Shown here one piece after another: positions 9,901 to 24,900 of a DNA stretch of 64,000 nt. This stretch comes from Mobula hypostoma (taxonomy: Eukaryota), in assembly GCF_963921235.1 (NCBI RefSeq), contig NC_086109.1, positions 930,001 to 994,000 on the forward strand, read 5' to 3'. Each line of letters begins with the position of its first letter. The first letter of the stretch is position 1. The notes beneath the pieces were generated by a model. That model was given only the letters and a program-made list of their open reading frames with translations. It was not told the DNA's origin and did no database searches. A program made the position numbers and the translations under genes.

Positions 9901-12900
9901 GTGCAGATGGTGGGAGTAAATGAGAAAGGTGGAGCTCGTTGCAAGTGTAGGCGGTGGGAGCAAAAGGGAAGGGTTGGGATCCCATTGGGAATGTAGAGAG
10001 TGGGATTGAATGGGAAAGGTTGGGGTCCCTTTGGGAGTGTGGACGGTGGGAGTGAATGGGAAGGGTGCAGGTCCTTTTGGGAGTGTGGACAGTGAGTGAA
10101 TGGGGAAGGTTGCAGTCCCATTGGGAGTGTGGATGGTAGAGTGAATGGGAAGGGTTGGGGTCCCGTGGGCAGTGGGAGTAAATGGAAAGGTTGGGATCCG
10201 TTGGGAGTCTGGACGTTGTGAGTGAATGGCATGGGGTGTCATCTATTAGTGATGTAGACAATGGTATAGGAAGGAGTGGGTCACTTTGGGGGTGTAACAG
10301 TGGGAGTGAATTGAATGAGGTCCATTCAATTTGGATGGAGGAAGTGAATCATAAGCGGTGGAGTTGGGTGGGAGTGAATGGGAAAGGTGAGGTCCCATTA
10401 ACAGTGTGGATGGTGGGAGTGAATGGAAAGGGGTGGAATCTATTGGGAGTGTGGATGATGGGAAGTTGTGGGTTGCAAAGGGGTGTGGATGGTGTGAGTG
10501 AATGGAAAGGGGTTTGTTCTGTTTGTAGTGCAAATGGTGGGAGTGAATGAGAAGGTGTGGAGTCCATTGAGTGCGGCTGGTAGGAGTGAATGGGAAGGGG
10601 TCAAGTCCGTTAGGACTGTGGATATTGGGAGTGAAAAGGAATTAGTGGGGTCTGTGGGGACTGGGAACATTTTGAAGGGTAGCATTTTGACCTTGACTTT
10701 TCCTGTTGCTTCGTTCCCCACTGTAGAGCTTCCCACAGGCCCTGGGAGAAGTGGACAGCACAGGCAGTTTGAACGCTCAGTGTGTCGCCTTGTTGGCTAA
10801 TCGGATCCGAGCCAAGGCTGCCTTCCAGGTGTGTTACTGAGCAGGAAATGGCTGGGGCTGAGCTCGCAGGGGCAATACCCTCAGTCGTGTTAACAGAGGG
10901 AGGAGCTTGAAGGCAGTCATTCCCTCAGTAGTGCCCACCCTAACGCTCCTAATCTTTGTCTCCCCATATGTTGGTGACGAGGAATTTGGAATATTGTGGT
11001 CAGTTTTGGTCGCCTTACTGTAGGAATAAACTGAAAAGTGCTCAGAAAAGACTTATGAGGATATTGCTGGATCTCGAGGGACTGAGGTATGGAGAGGTTT
11101 AGCATGTTGGGGCTTTATTCACAGGAGTGCTGGAGACTGAGGGGTGATCTTCTGGAGCTATATAAAATCAAAAGAGGCATAGATAGGGTAAATAGGCACG
11201 TTCTTTTTTCCAGAGTTGGGGAATCGGACTGGAGGGCACAGGTTTAGGGTGAGAGGGCAGAGATTTAAAAGGGATTGGTGGCAAAGGATGGTCAGTATGT
11301 GGAAACAGCCGCTTGGGAAAGTGGTTGACATCAATAACTACATTTGCAACAACAGGTATATTAACATTTAAAAGACACATCTGGCTATGCATGTTAGGGA
11401 TATGGGCCAAAAACATGCAATGGATCAAGTTTAGCTGAGCCTCATGGTTGACATGGAATAATGGGGCTGAAGGGCCTTTCTGTGCTGAATGACCCATTTA
11501 CTCCACGGCTATTCACCATCTACATCATGAGTAGGATGTGGGAATCAAGAGGAGTGTATCGAAGAGAAGGAATTAGCAGGATCCAGAACCAGGCACAGCG
11601 CTTTCTGAAAGCTTAGTGTGATGCTGACCCACAAGTGACCAGTAAACTTGGGTGCCTGACATCCCAGTGAGGTTGGACACAGAATTGGGAGGAGCTGCCT
11701 TTGGGAACAGGTCTCTCATTGGTTGGGAAGGTGAACTCCATGATCTACGAACACGACCATTGCTGGAGGTCACTCCGTAGGTTAGTGGGGCTGTAGAAAA
11801 GGTAAGTCCAGACTAGGCTCACTTGCAGAAGGACAGGGCTGAACCGGTGGGAGTTACACTGAACCAGGTCCCACCCTGGTTAGACCATAATGTACAGACA
11901 ATGTCTGGGTGTAGTTCTGGCGTTGTACCCTGGAACACCGGAGGGAGGCAGATATTTAGAGGGGGCTGGTCTATCATGAAACAATGAAGGGAGGGGTGGA
12001 ATAGTCTGTGTGCAATGGGGAGGTTTCTGCTGGTGGAGGAGAGCAGCAGGATGAGAGGGTCCCTGTGGGGATTTGGGGGATAAACCCCTCCCTGAGAATG
12101 GTGTAGGATCCACCCGCACAGGGAGGGGCTGAAGGTAGCACCCTGTGTGCATCAGGCAGGGCTGGAGAGAAATAGTGTGGGGGATGAAGTGAAGGGAGGG
12201 CCACCTGGAGACTCTTACATGAGGAAAGTGGAGGGAGTGGAGGGCTAGTATGGACAGGTGAGCTGAAGGATGTATGTGCACTAATATGTTGGAGGGAGGG
12301 AGAAGGAAGGATGGGACAGCATCCAGTGATGCATTTTCTTCCCAAAACCAGACCCAGCAGGAGCGCTTCCAGACGTGGCAGTTTGACACGGAGTATCGGG
12401 GCGACTCCTTCACTGCCACCATCACCCTCGGCAACCCTGATATCATCAGTGAATCTGGTGAGTAGGTGCTGACTGCTTCTCCAGCAATTTGGAGATGGGG
12501 AAATGGTACCAGCAGTGCTGGGCAGAAGCTACTCAGCACAGGAGGTCCTACACACCACATAGATTAACTCACGTTCAACTGGGGAGCTCACAGGTCCACT
12601 GCAGTACAAGCTCCCTCACTGACCCATCACAATGGAGAGCTTACTCACCACCATCCCTCACTGCCTCAACACAACGCACCCCCCCCACAGAGTGGAGTTC
12701 CCTCGTTGCCCCTCCCTTGATGCACCTTCCAAAGTGTGGTGCTGCATAAGACCATAAGACATAGGAGCATAATTAAGCCATTCTGCCCATTGAGTCTGCT
12801 CTGCTATTCCATCATGGCTGATTCTGGATCCCACTCAACCCCATACTCCTGCCTTCCCTCCATATCTTTTGATCTTCTGACCGATCGGTAAACTATCAAC

Positions 12901-15900
12901 TTCTGCTTTAAATATACCCGTGGACTTTGCCTCCACTGCAGTCTGTTGCAGAGCATTCCACAGATTCACCATTCTCTAGCAAAAAAAAATTCCTGTTCGC
13001 CTCCATTCTAAAAGGTTATCCCTCAATTTTGAGGCTGTGCCTCCTAGTTCAGGATACCCCCACCATAAGAAACACCCTCTCAACATCCACCCTATTTAGT
13101 ACTTTCAAAATTTGGTAGGCTTCAATGAGATCCCCATACATTCTTCTAAATTCCAGTGAGTATAGGCCCAAAGCTGCCAAGCGCTCCTCAAATGTTAACC
13201 CCTTCATTCCTGGAATCATCCTCATGAACCTGCTCTGGACTTTGTCCAATGACAGTATATCCTTTCTGAGATACAGGGTCCAAAACTGTTGTCAGTACTC
13301 CAAGTGCGGCCTGACAATGTCTTATAAAGACTCAGCATTATCTCCTTGCTTTTATATTCTATTCCCCTTGAAATAAATGCCAATATTGCATTTGCCTTCT
13401 TTACCACAAACTCGACCTGTAAATTAACCTTCTGGGAGTCTTGCACATGGATTCCTAAATCCCTCTGCCCCTCTGATGTTTGAACATTCTCCCCATTTAA
13501 ATAATAGTCTGCACTATTGTTCCTTTCACCAAAATACATTATCATACATTTCCCTACATTGTATTCCATCTGTACTTTTTGCCCATTCTTCCAATTTGTC
13601 TAAGTCCTGCTGCAAACATATTGCTTCATCAACACTACCTATCCCTCCACCTATCTTCGTGTCATCCACAAACTTTACCACAAAACCATCAATCCCATTA
13701 TCCAAATCATTGACAAACAATGTGAAAAGTAGTGGTCCCAATAATGACCCCTAAGGAACACCACTATTCACTGGCAGCCAACCAGAAAAGGCCCCCTTTA
13801 TTCCCCCTTTCACAGTGCCCCTTTCACAGTGTCCAACTTTCACCGCCCCTCCCACAGCATGGATCTCCCTCACCACCCCCCTCACAGCACAGAGCTCCTG
13901 GGACAGGGCACCCAGCATCTGTTGTTGGGGACCCCGTTATGTTACTGAGAATGGGAGAGGTGGTTGGTGAGTGAAGGGAGAACAGTCAGGACACCAGTGG
14001 TTACCTTACTCTTTGTCTTCTCATCACCCAGTCATCCTGGTTGCACACTTCCTACAGAGCATCACCCATAACCTGGTGCTGGGTGGTGAGATGGTCTATC
14101 ATCGCAGGCCAGCAGAGGAAGGAGCCATCTTCACCTTGGCTGCAAAGTACACCAGTGAGTGAGAAGCAGAGATGGACAGTGAGGGGTGTGGGGTACGATG
14201 ACGGATGGGGGTGTGTGTCTGTGTTGGGGTGGGGTGGGGAGGGGAGGTGTGTCTGTTTTAGCGTGAGGGATATGGTATATGCAGTAAGGACTTGAGTGTG
14301 TGTTGGTGTTACCATAAGACATAGGAGCAGAAATTAGGCCATTTGGCCCGTTGAGTCTGCTCCGCCATTCAATCATGGCTGATTCTTTTTTTTTCCCTCC
14401 TCAACACCATTTCCCAGCCTTCTCCCCATAACCTTTGATGCATTTCCAATCAAGAACCTATCAATCTCTGCCTTAAATACATCCAACGACCTGGCCTCCA
14501 CAGCTGTGGAACAACAAATTCCACAAATTTACCACCCTCTGGCTACTGAGATTTCTCCGTATCTCTGTTTTGAATTGATGCCCCTCTATCCTGAGGCTGT
14601 ACTTTCTTGTCCTAGACTCTCCCACCATGGGAAACATCCTTTCCACATCTACTCTGTCTAGTCCTTTCAACATTTGAAAGGTTTCAATGAGATCCCCCTC
14701 ATCCTTCTAAATTCCAGTGAGTGCAGACCCAGAGTCATCAAACATTCCTTGTATGATTACCCTTTCATTCCCAGAATCATCCTTGTGGACCTCCTCTGGA
14801 CCCTCTCCAATGCCAGCACATCTTTCCTAAGATGAGGAGCCCAAAACTGTTCACAATACTCAAGATGAGGCCTCACCAGTGCCTTATAAGCCCTCAGCAT
14901 CACATCCCTGCTCTTGTATTCTAGACCGCTTGAAATGAAAGCTAACATTGCATTTGCCTTCTTCACCGCTGACTCAACCTTTAGGGTGTTCTGCACAACG
15001 ACTTCCAAGTCCCTTGGCATCTCAGAATTTTGAATTTTCTTCCTGTTTAGAAAATAGTCGGCACATTTATTTCTACTACCAATGAGCATGACCATGCATT
15101 TTCCAACATTGTGTTTCATTTGCCACTTTCTTGCCCATTCTCCTAATCTGTCTAAGTCCCTCTGCATCCTAACCGTTTCCTCAACACTGCCTGCACCTCC
15201 ACCAATCTTTGTATCATCTGCAAACTTGGCAACAAAGCAATCAGTTTCATCATCTAAATCATTTATATACAGCATAAAATGAAGCAGTCCCAACACCGAC
15301 CCCAGCGAAACACCATAGTCACTGACAGCCAACCAGATAAAGGATCCTTTTATTCCCACTTGCTGCCTCCTTTCAATCAACTAATGCTCTAACCATGTTA
15401 GGAACTTTCCTGTAATACCACAGGCTCTTAACTTGCTAAGCAGCCTCATGTGTGGCACTTTTTCAAAGGCCTCCTGAAAGTCTAAATGTACAACATCCAC
15501 AGCATCTCCTTTATCTATCCTACTTGTAATCTCCTCAAACTATTCGTACAGGTTTGCCAGACAGGATTTTCCCTTAAGGAAGCCATGCAGATTTTGTCCT
15601 TTCTTGTCTTGTGTCACCAAGTACTGCATCACCTCATCCTTAACAATTGACTCTAACATCTTCCCAACCACTGAGGCCATACTAACTGGTCTATAATTTC
15701 CTTTCTGCTGCCTTCCTCCTTTCTTAAAGAGTGGAGTGAAATTTGCAATATTCCAGGCCTCTAGCACCATGCCAGATTCCAATGATTTTTGAAAGATCAT
15801 TTCTAATGCCGCCACAATCTCTAGCACTACCTCCTTCAGAACTCTAGGGTGCAGTTCATCTGGTCCAGGTGACTTATGTACCTTTAGGTCTTTCAGCTTT

Positions 15901-18900
15901 TTTGAGCACATTCTCCCTTGTAATAGTAACTGCACCAGCTTTTCTTCCTTCACACGCTACAACATCTGGCACGCTGATGGTGTCTTCCACAGTGAAGACT
16001 GATGCAAAATACTCATTTAGTTCATCAGCCGTCTCCTTGTCCCCCATTATTACCTCTCCTGCCTCATTTTCTAGCAGTCCTACATTCACTCTCATCTCTC
16101 TTTTACTTTTTACAAACTTGATAAAGCTTTTGCTATCCACTTTGGTTACAGTGAAGAGTGCGGGTTGTGTCAGTGATACAGTGAATTCAAGGTGTATTGG
16201 TATTTTCAGTAAGGGCTGTGGGGTGCATCAGTAGGGGCATGGAGTGTGTCAGTGTTACAGTGAGAGTGTTGGGAGTGTCAGTGTTTCACTGGGGTGAGCG
16301 TTGCACGGTGTGTCAATGTTAGAGTGAGGGTTGCAGGGTATGCCGATATTAGAGTGTGTGCTGTGGGGTGTGTTACAGTGAGAGGTACAGGGTGTGTCAG
16401 TGTTAGAATAAGTGGTGCGGAATGTGTTGATGTTACAGTGAGCTGTGCAGGGGTGTTACATTGAGGGGTGCAGGGTGTGTCGGAGTTAGAGTGAGATATT
16501 TGGGGTGTTTGGTGTTGCAATGTGGGATGTGGTGTGTGTCAGTGTTCAAGTAAGTGGTGCGGTGTGTTTTAGTGTTACAGTGAGGTGTGTGGGATGTGTC
16601 GGTCACAGTGAGAGGTGTGGGGTGTGTTGGTGTCACGGTGAGAGGCGTGGCGGTGTCGCAGTGAAGACACTAGAAGTATGCCTGATGCTATAGTGTGTGA
16701 AGGAAGAGAAGTGGGTGCAGTTACTATTACAAGAGAGAAGGTGCCCAAAAAACTGAAAGACCTAAAGGTACATAAGTAGGACCAGATGAACTGCATCCTA
16801 GGGTTCTGAATGAGGTAGCATTAGAGATTGTGCTGGCATTAGATATGATCTTTCAAAAATCATTGGACTCTAGCATGGTGCCAGAGGACTGGAAAATTGT
16901 AAATGTCACTCCACTTTTTAAGAAAGGAGGAAGGTACCAGACAGGAAATGATAGACCAGTTACCCTGACCTCAGTGGTTGGGAAGATGTTAGAGTCAATT
17001 GTTAAGGATGAGGTGATGGAGTACTTGGTGACACAGGACATGATAGTACAAAGTCAGCATGGTTTCCTTCAGGGAAAATCCTGCCTGATGAACCTGTTGG
17101 AATACTTTGAGGAGATTACAAATAGGATGCAAAGGAACTTGGGAGTTCTTGTGCAGATCACCCTGAAGATTAATTTGCAGATTGAGTCAGTGATGAGGAA
17201 GGCAAATGCCATGTTAGCATTCATTTCAAGAGGTCTAGAAAACAAAGGCAAGGATGTGATGCTGAGGGTTTAAAGGCACTGGTGAGGCCTCACCTTGAGT
17301 ATTGTGAACAGTTTTAGGTCCCTCATCTTAGAAAAGATGTGCTGGCATTGGAGAGGTCCCAGAGGTGGTTCGCAAGGATGATTCCAGGAATGAAAGGGTT
17401 ATCATACGAGGAACGTTTGATGGCTCTGGGTCTGTACTCGCTGGAGGATGAGGGGGGACCACACTGAAACCTTTTAATTGTTGAAAGGCCTAGACAGAGT
17501 AGATGTGAAAAGGATGTTTCCCATGGTGGGAGAATCTAGGACAAGATGGCACAGCCTCAGGATAGAGGGGTACCCTTTCAATACAGAGATGTGGAGAAAT
17601 TTCTTTCGCCAAAGGGTGGTGAATTTGTGGAATTTGTTGCCATGTGCAACTGTGGAGGCCCTGTGGTTGGGTATATTTAAGGCAGAGATTGATAGGTTCT
17701 TGATTGGGTAAGGCATCAAAGGTTACAAGGAGAAGGCCAGGAAATGGAGTTGAAGAGGAGAAAAACAGTATCAGCCATGATTGACTGGCGGAGCAGACTC
17801 AATGGGCCAGATGGCCTAATAATACTCCTATGTCTTATGGTCTATAGGTGTGTGATATCAGTGCTACACTGAGGGGTGCAGGGTGCGTCACCTTGTTACT
17901 GTGAAGGGGGTGGAGTGTGTTGGAGCTACAGTTAGTGTGGGGTGTGTCAGGGTGTTAAAATGAGGATTGCAGGATGTATCAGTGTTATAGTGGGAGGTGC
18001 AGGATGTGTTGGTGTTATTTACAAGTGCAGTTTGTGTCATTCAGTGACTGGGTGTGGTATCAGTAGTACAGTGAGGGGTGTAGGGTGTTTGGCAGTGTTA
18101 TAGTGAGGAGTTGGCATGTGTCACTTTTACTGTAAGGGCTGTGAGGTGTGTCGGTGTTTGAGTGAGGAATGTGGGCTGCACTAGTGTTATGGTGAGGGGT
18201 GCAGGGTTTGTAAGAGTTGTATTGAGGAGTGTAGGACATATCGGTGGTATAGTGAGGGGTGCGGGATGTGTCGGTTTTGCCGTGAGGGGTCCAGGGTGCA
18301 TCACGTTGTTACAGTGAGGGTCATGGGGTGTGTCAGAGTGAGGAGCGCTTGGTGTGTCAGTGTTACTGTGAGAGGTGCAAGGTATGTCAGAGTGTTCAAA
18401 TGAATCCGGGATCTGTCAGAGTGATTAGTGTGGGGTGCGATACAGTGTTATAGTGAGGAATGCGACATGTGTGTCGATGTTGCAGTGAGTGGTGTAGGGT
18501 ATGTCAGTGTTAGCACGAGGAGTGCAGGGTCTGTCAGTGTGTTAGAGGGAAGATTGCAGAGTGTATCAGTTACAGTGAGGGGTGCATGATGTGTTGGTAT
18601 TACAGTGAGGTGTGCGGGGTTTGTCAGTTACATTGAGCATTGCGGGCTGTGTCAATGTTACAGCAAGCATGTCGGTGTTGGGGTGAGTGGTGCAAGGTGT
18701 GTCAGTGTTAGAGTGAGGGGCACAAACGTGTCGGTGTTAGGGTGAGTGGTGCAAAGTGTGTCCGGGTGTTAGAGTGAGGGGCACAGAGCATGTCGGTGTT
18801 GGGGTAAGTGGTGCAAGGTGTGTCAGTGTTAGAGTGAGCAATGCAGCATCTGATACAGTGAGGGGTGCAGGATGTGTTGTTACAATAAGGTGTACGGTGT

Positions 18901-21900
18901 ATGTCAGAGTGTTACTGTGAGTGGTGCAGGGTGTGTTTGTGCTGAGTGAAGAGTGCATTTTGTGTCGCTGTTAGTGAGTGGTGCAAAGTGTGTCAGTGAT
19001 ACAGTGAAGAGTGCAGGATGTGTCAGAGCCTTACAATGATTGGTGCAAGATGTCTTGGTGTTATGGTGATGGGCGCAGGGTATGTCACTGATAGTGAGGA
19101 GTGCCGGCTGTGTCAGAGTCTGAGAGTGAAGGGTTTGTGGTGCGTCAGAGTTTACAGTCAGCTGTGTGGGTTATGTTTGTGCTAAATTGAGGGGCGCCAG
19201 TGAGTCGGTGTTACAGAGAGGTTTGCAGGTGTGTCAGTGTTAAATTCAAGGACGTGTGTTGTACTGGTGTGAGAATGTGAAGTGCAGATTGTATGGATGT
19301 CAGAGTGAGGGGCGTGCAGTGTGTTGGTATTAGAGCAAGGGTTGCATGGGGTGTGGGATGTGTCAGCATTGGAGAGAGGAGTTTTTGATGTTTTAGAGTG
19401 AGGAGTGCATGATGTGTCAGATTCTTATGGTGACGTGTATGGGATGTGTCAGTGTTACAGTGAGGGGTGGGGTGTCTGTGTTACAATGATGTGCAGTGTG
19501 TATTGGAGTGTTTCACTGACGGTATCTGTTGTATTTTCTGGTACCTGAACCTTTTCTCTGTATCTTGCAGCCTCTCACTGGGTTGGGACATTAAACATTG
19601 GTCGAGGGGGTGCCCATGCTAGTTACTACCATCAAGCCAATGATCAGGTGAGCAAGGAGAAGGACAATGAGCCGTCATCGTCGGCCTGGGCCCTGATTGT
19701 GTGGGGTGGGGTTTCCTGTGCGAGCATTGTACTTGTGTGTGTGTAGATACACAGGATGGTGTGTTTGTTTATGAGGGGCAACAGTGTGTGTTTACCTGAG
19801 CGGTGGTGTGTACTTACACAGGTGGTAAGTGTGTGTGCTTATATGGGTAATGGTCCGTGTGTGTTTTCACAGGTATGGTGCGTGTGTTTACAACGTGGTG
19901 TGTGAGTGTTACACGGGGCAGCAATTTGTGTGTTTGCAGAGTGTGTGTGTGTGTGTTCTGTATGTATTTGTGTGCCATATGGCCGAGTGTGTGTACACTG
20001 GATGGTGTGTATCTTTATGTTTGACAACAGTGCACCTTTACACTGGCAGTGGTGCTAGCGTGTGCATTTAAATAGGTGGCGTGTGTGTTTACACGAATGG
20101 TGTGTGTTTGCGCATATGTGGCAGCCTTGTGTATACACAGGGCAGCTGTGTGTATACACAGGGCACTGTGTGTGTGTGTGTACACCAGATGGATATGTTC
20201 CCATATGCTGATAACAGTGTGTATGCGTAGACAGGAGCAACGTGTGTGTGTGTGCGTGCGCGCGAGGTGGCAGGCTGTATATGTATATGCTGGGCAGAGT
20301 GTGTGTATGTGTACATGCATGGAAACTGTGTACGTGTGTATGCAGCGCAGTGTGGCTTCCTGCACAGTGTGTGGGAGTCTGCATGTGTACATAACTGTAT
20401 ATGTGGTGGCTGTGTACGCACCTCTGGGGTGACTGTTTTTCTGTGTATATATCCATGTTGCAGCTGTGTGTATATATGCGGATTGACTGTGCATGTGCGC
20501 ATCCACGGGGTGCATGTGTTTGTGGGCTGTGGGCTTTGTCTGTGCAAACGGGGTGTTGGGTTGTGTGTGAATAATCAGGGTGCCGGTTTGTGTATGTGTA
20601 CACAGGCATTGGGGTGTGTGCATGCACTGGGTGGCGCTATGTGTACATCTGTGCAGCGGTGGTGTCTGTGTACATGACATGGCAGTCTGTGTACGTGGAG
20701 CAGTAGTCTTTGTAAACGGGACGACAGTCTGTATCTAAGTAAGGCAGTTTTTCCCCACAAACAGAGCCATGCTGACAGCCTCTGTAAGGGTAACAAGTAT
20801 AGCAAAGCTCACAAGTCGCAGGATTTCAAGAGAGAGATGGAAACCTATGGTTGGTACGGAGAACTAAACAACACAGAACATAAATGGTCAGTGCTGCATA
20901 GGAATAGTACATTCAGCTCACCATCTTCATACTGCCCACAATGTCAATCTAACAAAATCTGTCTGCCTGTTCTTGGTCCATATCCTCCCCATTCCAGGCA
21001 CCCACCACACTTTGTTTCAATACTCTTGCCCGAGACATCGCCACCAAACTCCCAGTCTCGCCTTTAATGGATGTCCTTATGTCATAGAGTGATAGAAAGT
21101 ATAGCGCAGAAACTGGCCCTTTGGCCCATCTAGTCCATGCTGAACCATTTAAATTGACTACTTCATCAACCTGCACCAGGACCATAAACCTCCATAGCAC
21201 TACCATTGATGTACCTATCCAAACTTCTCTTAAATATTGAAATCAAGTTCCCATGCACTGCTTGTTCTGGCAGCTCATTGTACACTCCTATGACCTTCTG
21301 AATGAAGAAGTTTCTCTTCATGTTGCCCTTAAACTTTTCACATTTAATCTATGACCTCTGGTTGCTGTCCCACCCAACCTCAATGGAAAAGCATGCTTGT
21401 ATTCACCCTGTCTATACCCCTCATAATCTTGTATAACTGATTAAATCTCCTCTCAATCTTCTATGTTCCAAAGAACACAGTCCTAACCTATTCAATCTTT
21501 CTTTATAACTCAGGTCCTCCAGACCCGAGAATATCCTTGTAAATTTTCTCTGTATTCTTTCAACCTCTTTTGCACCTTTTCTATAGGTGGGTGACCAAAA
21601 CTGCATACAATACTCCAAATTAAGCTTCACCAATATCATATACAACTTCGACATCGTATCCTATCTCCTATATTCAGTACTTTGATTTATGAAGGCCAAA
21701 AGCTTTCTTTATGACCCTATCTACCTGAGCTGTCGAGTTCAATGAATTATGGGCCTGTTTGCCCAGATCCCTTTGTTCTACCACACTCCTCAGTGCCCTA
21801 CCGTTCACTGTGTATGACCTACCCTGGTTGATCCTACAGAAGTGCAACACCTCACACTTGTCTGCATTAAATTTCGTCTGCCATTTTTCAACCATTTCTC

Positions 21901-24900
21901 TAGCTGGTTCAGATCCCGCTTGAAGCTATGGTAGCCTTCATCATTGTCCACTACAGCTCCAGTCTTGGTGTCATCCACAAATTGTCTGATCCAATTAACC
22001 ACATTATCATCCAGATCGTAGATATACAATTGATAACACGCAACAATAGACCCAGCACCGAGCTCTGCAGCACCTCACTAGTCACAGGCGTCCAGTCAGC
22101 GAGGCAGCCATCTACTACCACTCTCTGGCTTCTCCCACAAAGCTAAAGCCATACTGACTACCCTTAACCAGTCCATCTCTATTATAATACTTATATATCT
22201 GATCCCTCAGAATACCTTCCAGTAAATTTCCCAGTACTGGTGTCAGGCTCATCGGCCTATAATATCCTGGTTTATTTTTGCCTTTCTAGAACAACAGAAC
22301 AACATTGGCTATCCTCTAATCCTCTTGTACCTCATCTATCGCGAAGGATGACTTAAATATCTCTGCTAGCTCTCCAGCAATTTCTTCACTTGCCTCCCAC
22401 AGAGTCAAGTTGTCCACCTTGTCAGGCCCTGGGGATTTATCCACCCTAATTTGCCTCAAGACAGAAAGCATGTCCTCCTCTAATCTGTATAGGGTCCACG
22501 AAGTTGATGCTGCTTTGTCTCACTTCCATAGACTCTGTCTATCTCCTCAGGAAATATAGATGCAAAAAATTATTTAAGGTCTTCCCGAACTCTTTTGGCT
22601 TCTCAAATGGAATAACGTGCTGATCTTCCAGAGAACCAATTTGTCCTTTTGCTCTTATGTCTGTAAACTCTCCTTCACCTTGTCTGCTAGAGCAGCCTCA
22701 TGTCTACTTTAACCCTCCTGATTTCTTTCTTAAGTATCCTCTTGCATTTCTTATCCTCCATAAGCACTCTATTTATTCCTCCCTGTCTTACTATGCACCT
22801 CCTTTATTTTCTTAACCAGGGCATCAATATTTCTTGAAAGCCTGGATTCACCTGTTATCTTTACCTTTTATTCTGATAGGCACATACAAACTTTTTACTC
22901 TCAAAATTTGACCTTTAAAAGCCTCCCACTTACCACGTGCATTTCTGCCAGTAAGCTACCTCTCCCAACCACACTTGCCAGATCCTTTGTGATACCATAA
23001 AAATTTGTCTTTCTCCAATTTAGAATCTCAACCTGCGGACCTGTCCTATCACTTTGCATATTTACTTTAAAATGAATGGAATGGCGATCACTCTCGGCAA
23101 AGTGTTCTTCTACACAGAATTCTGTCTTCTGCCCTGTCTCACTCCCTAGTAACAGATCAAGTATCACACACACTCTCTTTAGACTTCAATATATTGATTC
23201 AGGAAATGTTCCTGAACACATTTGATGAACTCTATCCTATCTGTTCTTTTACAGTATGGGAGTTCCAATCAATATTTGGAAAGTTAAAATCACTTATTAT
23301 AACAGCCTTGTGTTTCTTGCAATCTCTCTGCAATTTTTTTTTTCCTCAAAATCCCTCGAACTGTTGGATGGTCTGTATTATAGCCCCATTAATGTGGTTG
23401 TACATTTCTTAATTCTCAGTTCCACCAACAGCGCCTCACTGAACGAGTTCTCCAGTCTGTCCTGACTAAGCACTGTCATGACATTTTCCCTGACTAGTAA
23501 CACCACCCCTCCTTCTTTAATCCCTCCCTCTGTCAAATCTAAATCTACAGAACCCTGAAATATTGAGCTGTTAGTCTTGCCCACCTGCAACCAACTCTCA
23601 CTAATGGTTACAATATCATGATTCCAGGTGTTGATCCATGACCTGTGCTCATCTGCCTTTCCTACCATATTCCTTGCATTGAAAAATGCACATCTCAGGA
23701 CATTAGTCGCACCATGCTTAATCTTTTGGTTCTTGACTTTGTCAGAGGTCTTTACAGCATCAGATTCCACAACCTCTCCACTAACTATTCTGGCACTCTG
23801 GTTCCCATCCCCCTCAACTCTAGTTTCAACCTTGCTGTACAGCACTAGCAAACCTTCCTGCTAAGATATTAATCCCCTTCCAGTTCAGGTGCAAACTGTC
23901 AAACTGTCTCTTCTGTGCAGGTCTCACTTTCCCTGGAGGAGAGCCCAATGATCCAAAAATCTTACGTTCTCCCTCATACACCAACTCCTTAGCCATGTGT
24001 TAAATTGTATAATCTTCCCAATTTCTGGCTTCACTAGCATGTGGCACGGTTAGCAATCCCGAGATCACAAATGTGGACGTCCTGTCCTTTAACATAGCAT
24101 CTAACTCCTTGAACTCCCTTTGCAGAACCTTGTCATTGGTACCTGCATGGACCACGATTTTTGCCTGTTCACCCTCCCACTTAAGAATGCTGAGGACTCG
24201 ATCCAAGATGTCCCAAACCCTGGCACCCAAGAGGCATTATACCATCTGGGAATCTCATTCTTGTCCACAGAACCTCCTTTCTGTTCTTCTAACCAATGAA
24301 TCCCCTATCACCACAGCTTACCTCTTCTCCCCCTTTCTTTTCTGAGTCAGACTCAGTGTAAGAGACCTGACTGATGTGACTTTCCTCTTCCAGGGCACTG
24401 TCCCAACAGCCTCCAAAGTGGTATACCTGTTGTTGAAGGGGATGGCCATAGGGCTACTCTTTACTTGCTGTTTAATCCCTTTCTCCTTCCTGACTTTCAC
24501 CCAGTTTCCTGTGTCTTGCACCTTGGATGTAACTATTTCTGTATATGTCCTAACTATCACTGCTAAGCTTCCTGAATAATCCAGAGTTCATCCAATTCCT
24601 GTTCCAACTCTTTAACGTGGTGTGTTAGAAGCTGAAGCTGGATGCACTAGATGTCTCCCTGCCTTCCCACATCCCACAAGAGGAGCATTCAACTCTCCTA
24701 TCTGGCATCTCTACTATCCTAACTGAGCAAATGTAAAGAAACGAAAGCAATAAACTGGCAGAGGAAAAAAAATCACTACCTTCAACTTTTTTGCCTTCTC
24801 TCATGCCTCTCTTGCTGAAACTTCGAAGAGCTAAAGCTTCAAAATTCCCACTCTAACTCTGTCCAATCCAACAATAGCCGTTCCACTTGCCCCTGCCTTA

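Noticed and set aside
9345..10736. Several long Pro/His/Thr-rich ORFs (up to 295 aa)
   Set aside because: These are translations of the G-rich minisatellite, which has few stop codons on the C-rich strand
19829..20680. His/Thr- and Cys/Val-rich ORFs
   Set aside because: Artefacts of the (GT)n low-complexity tract
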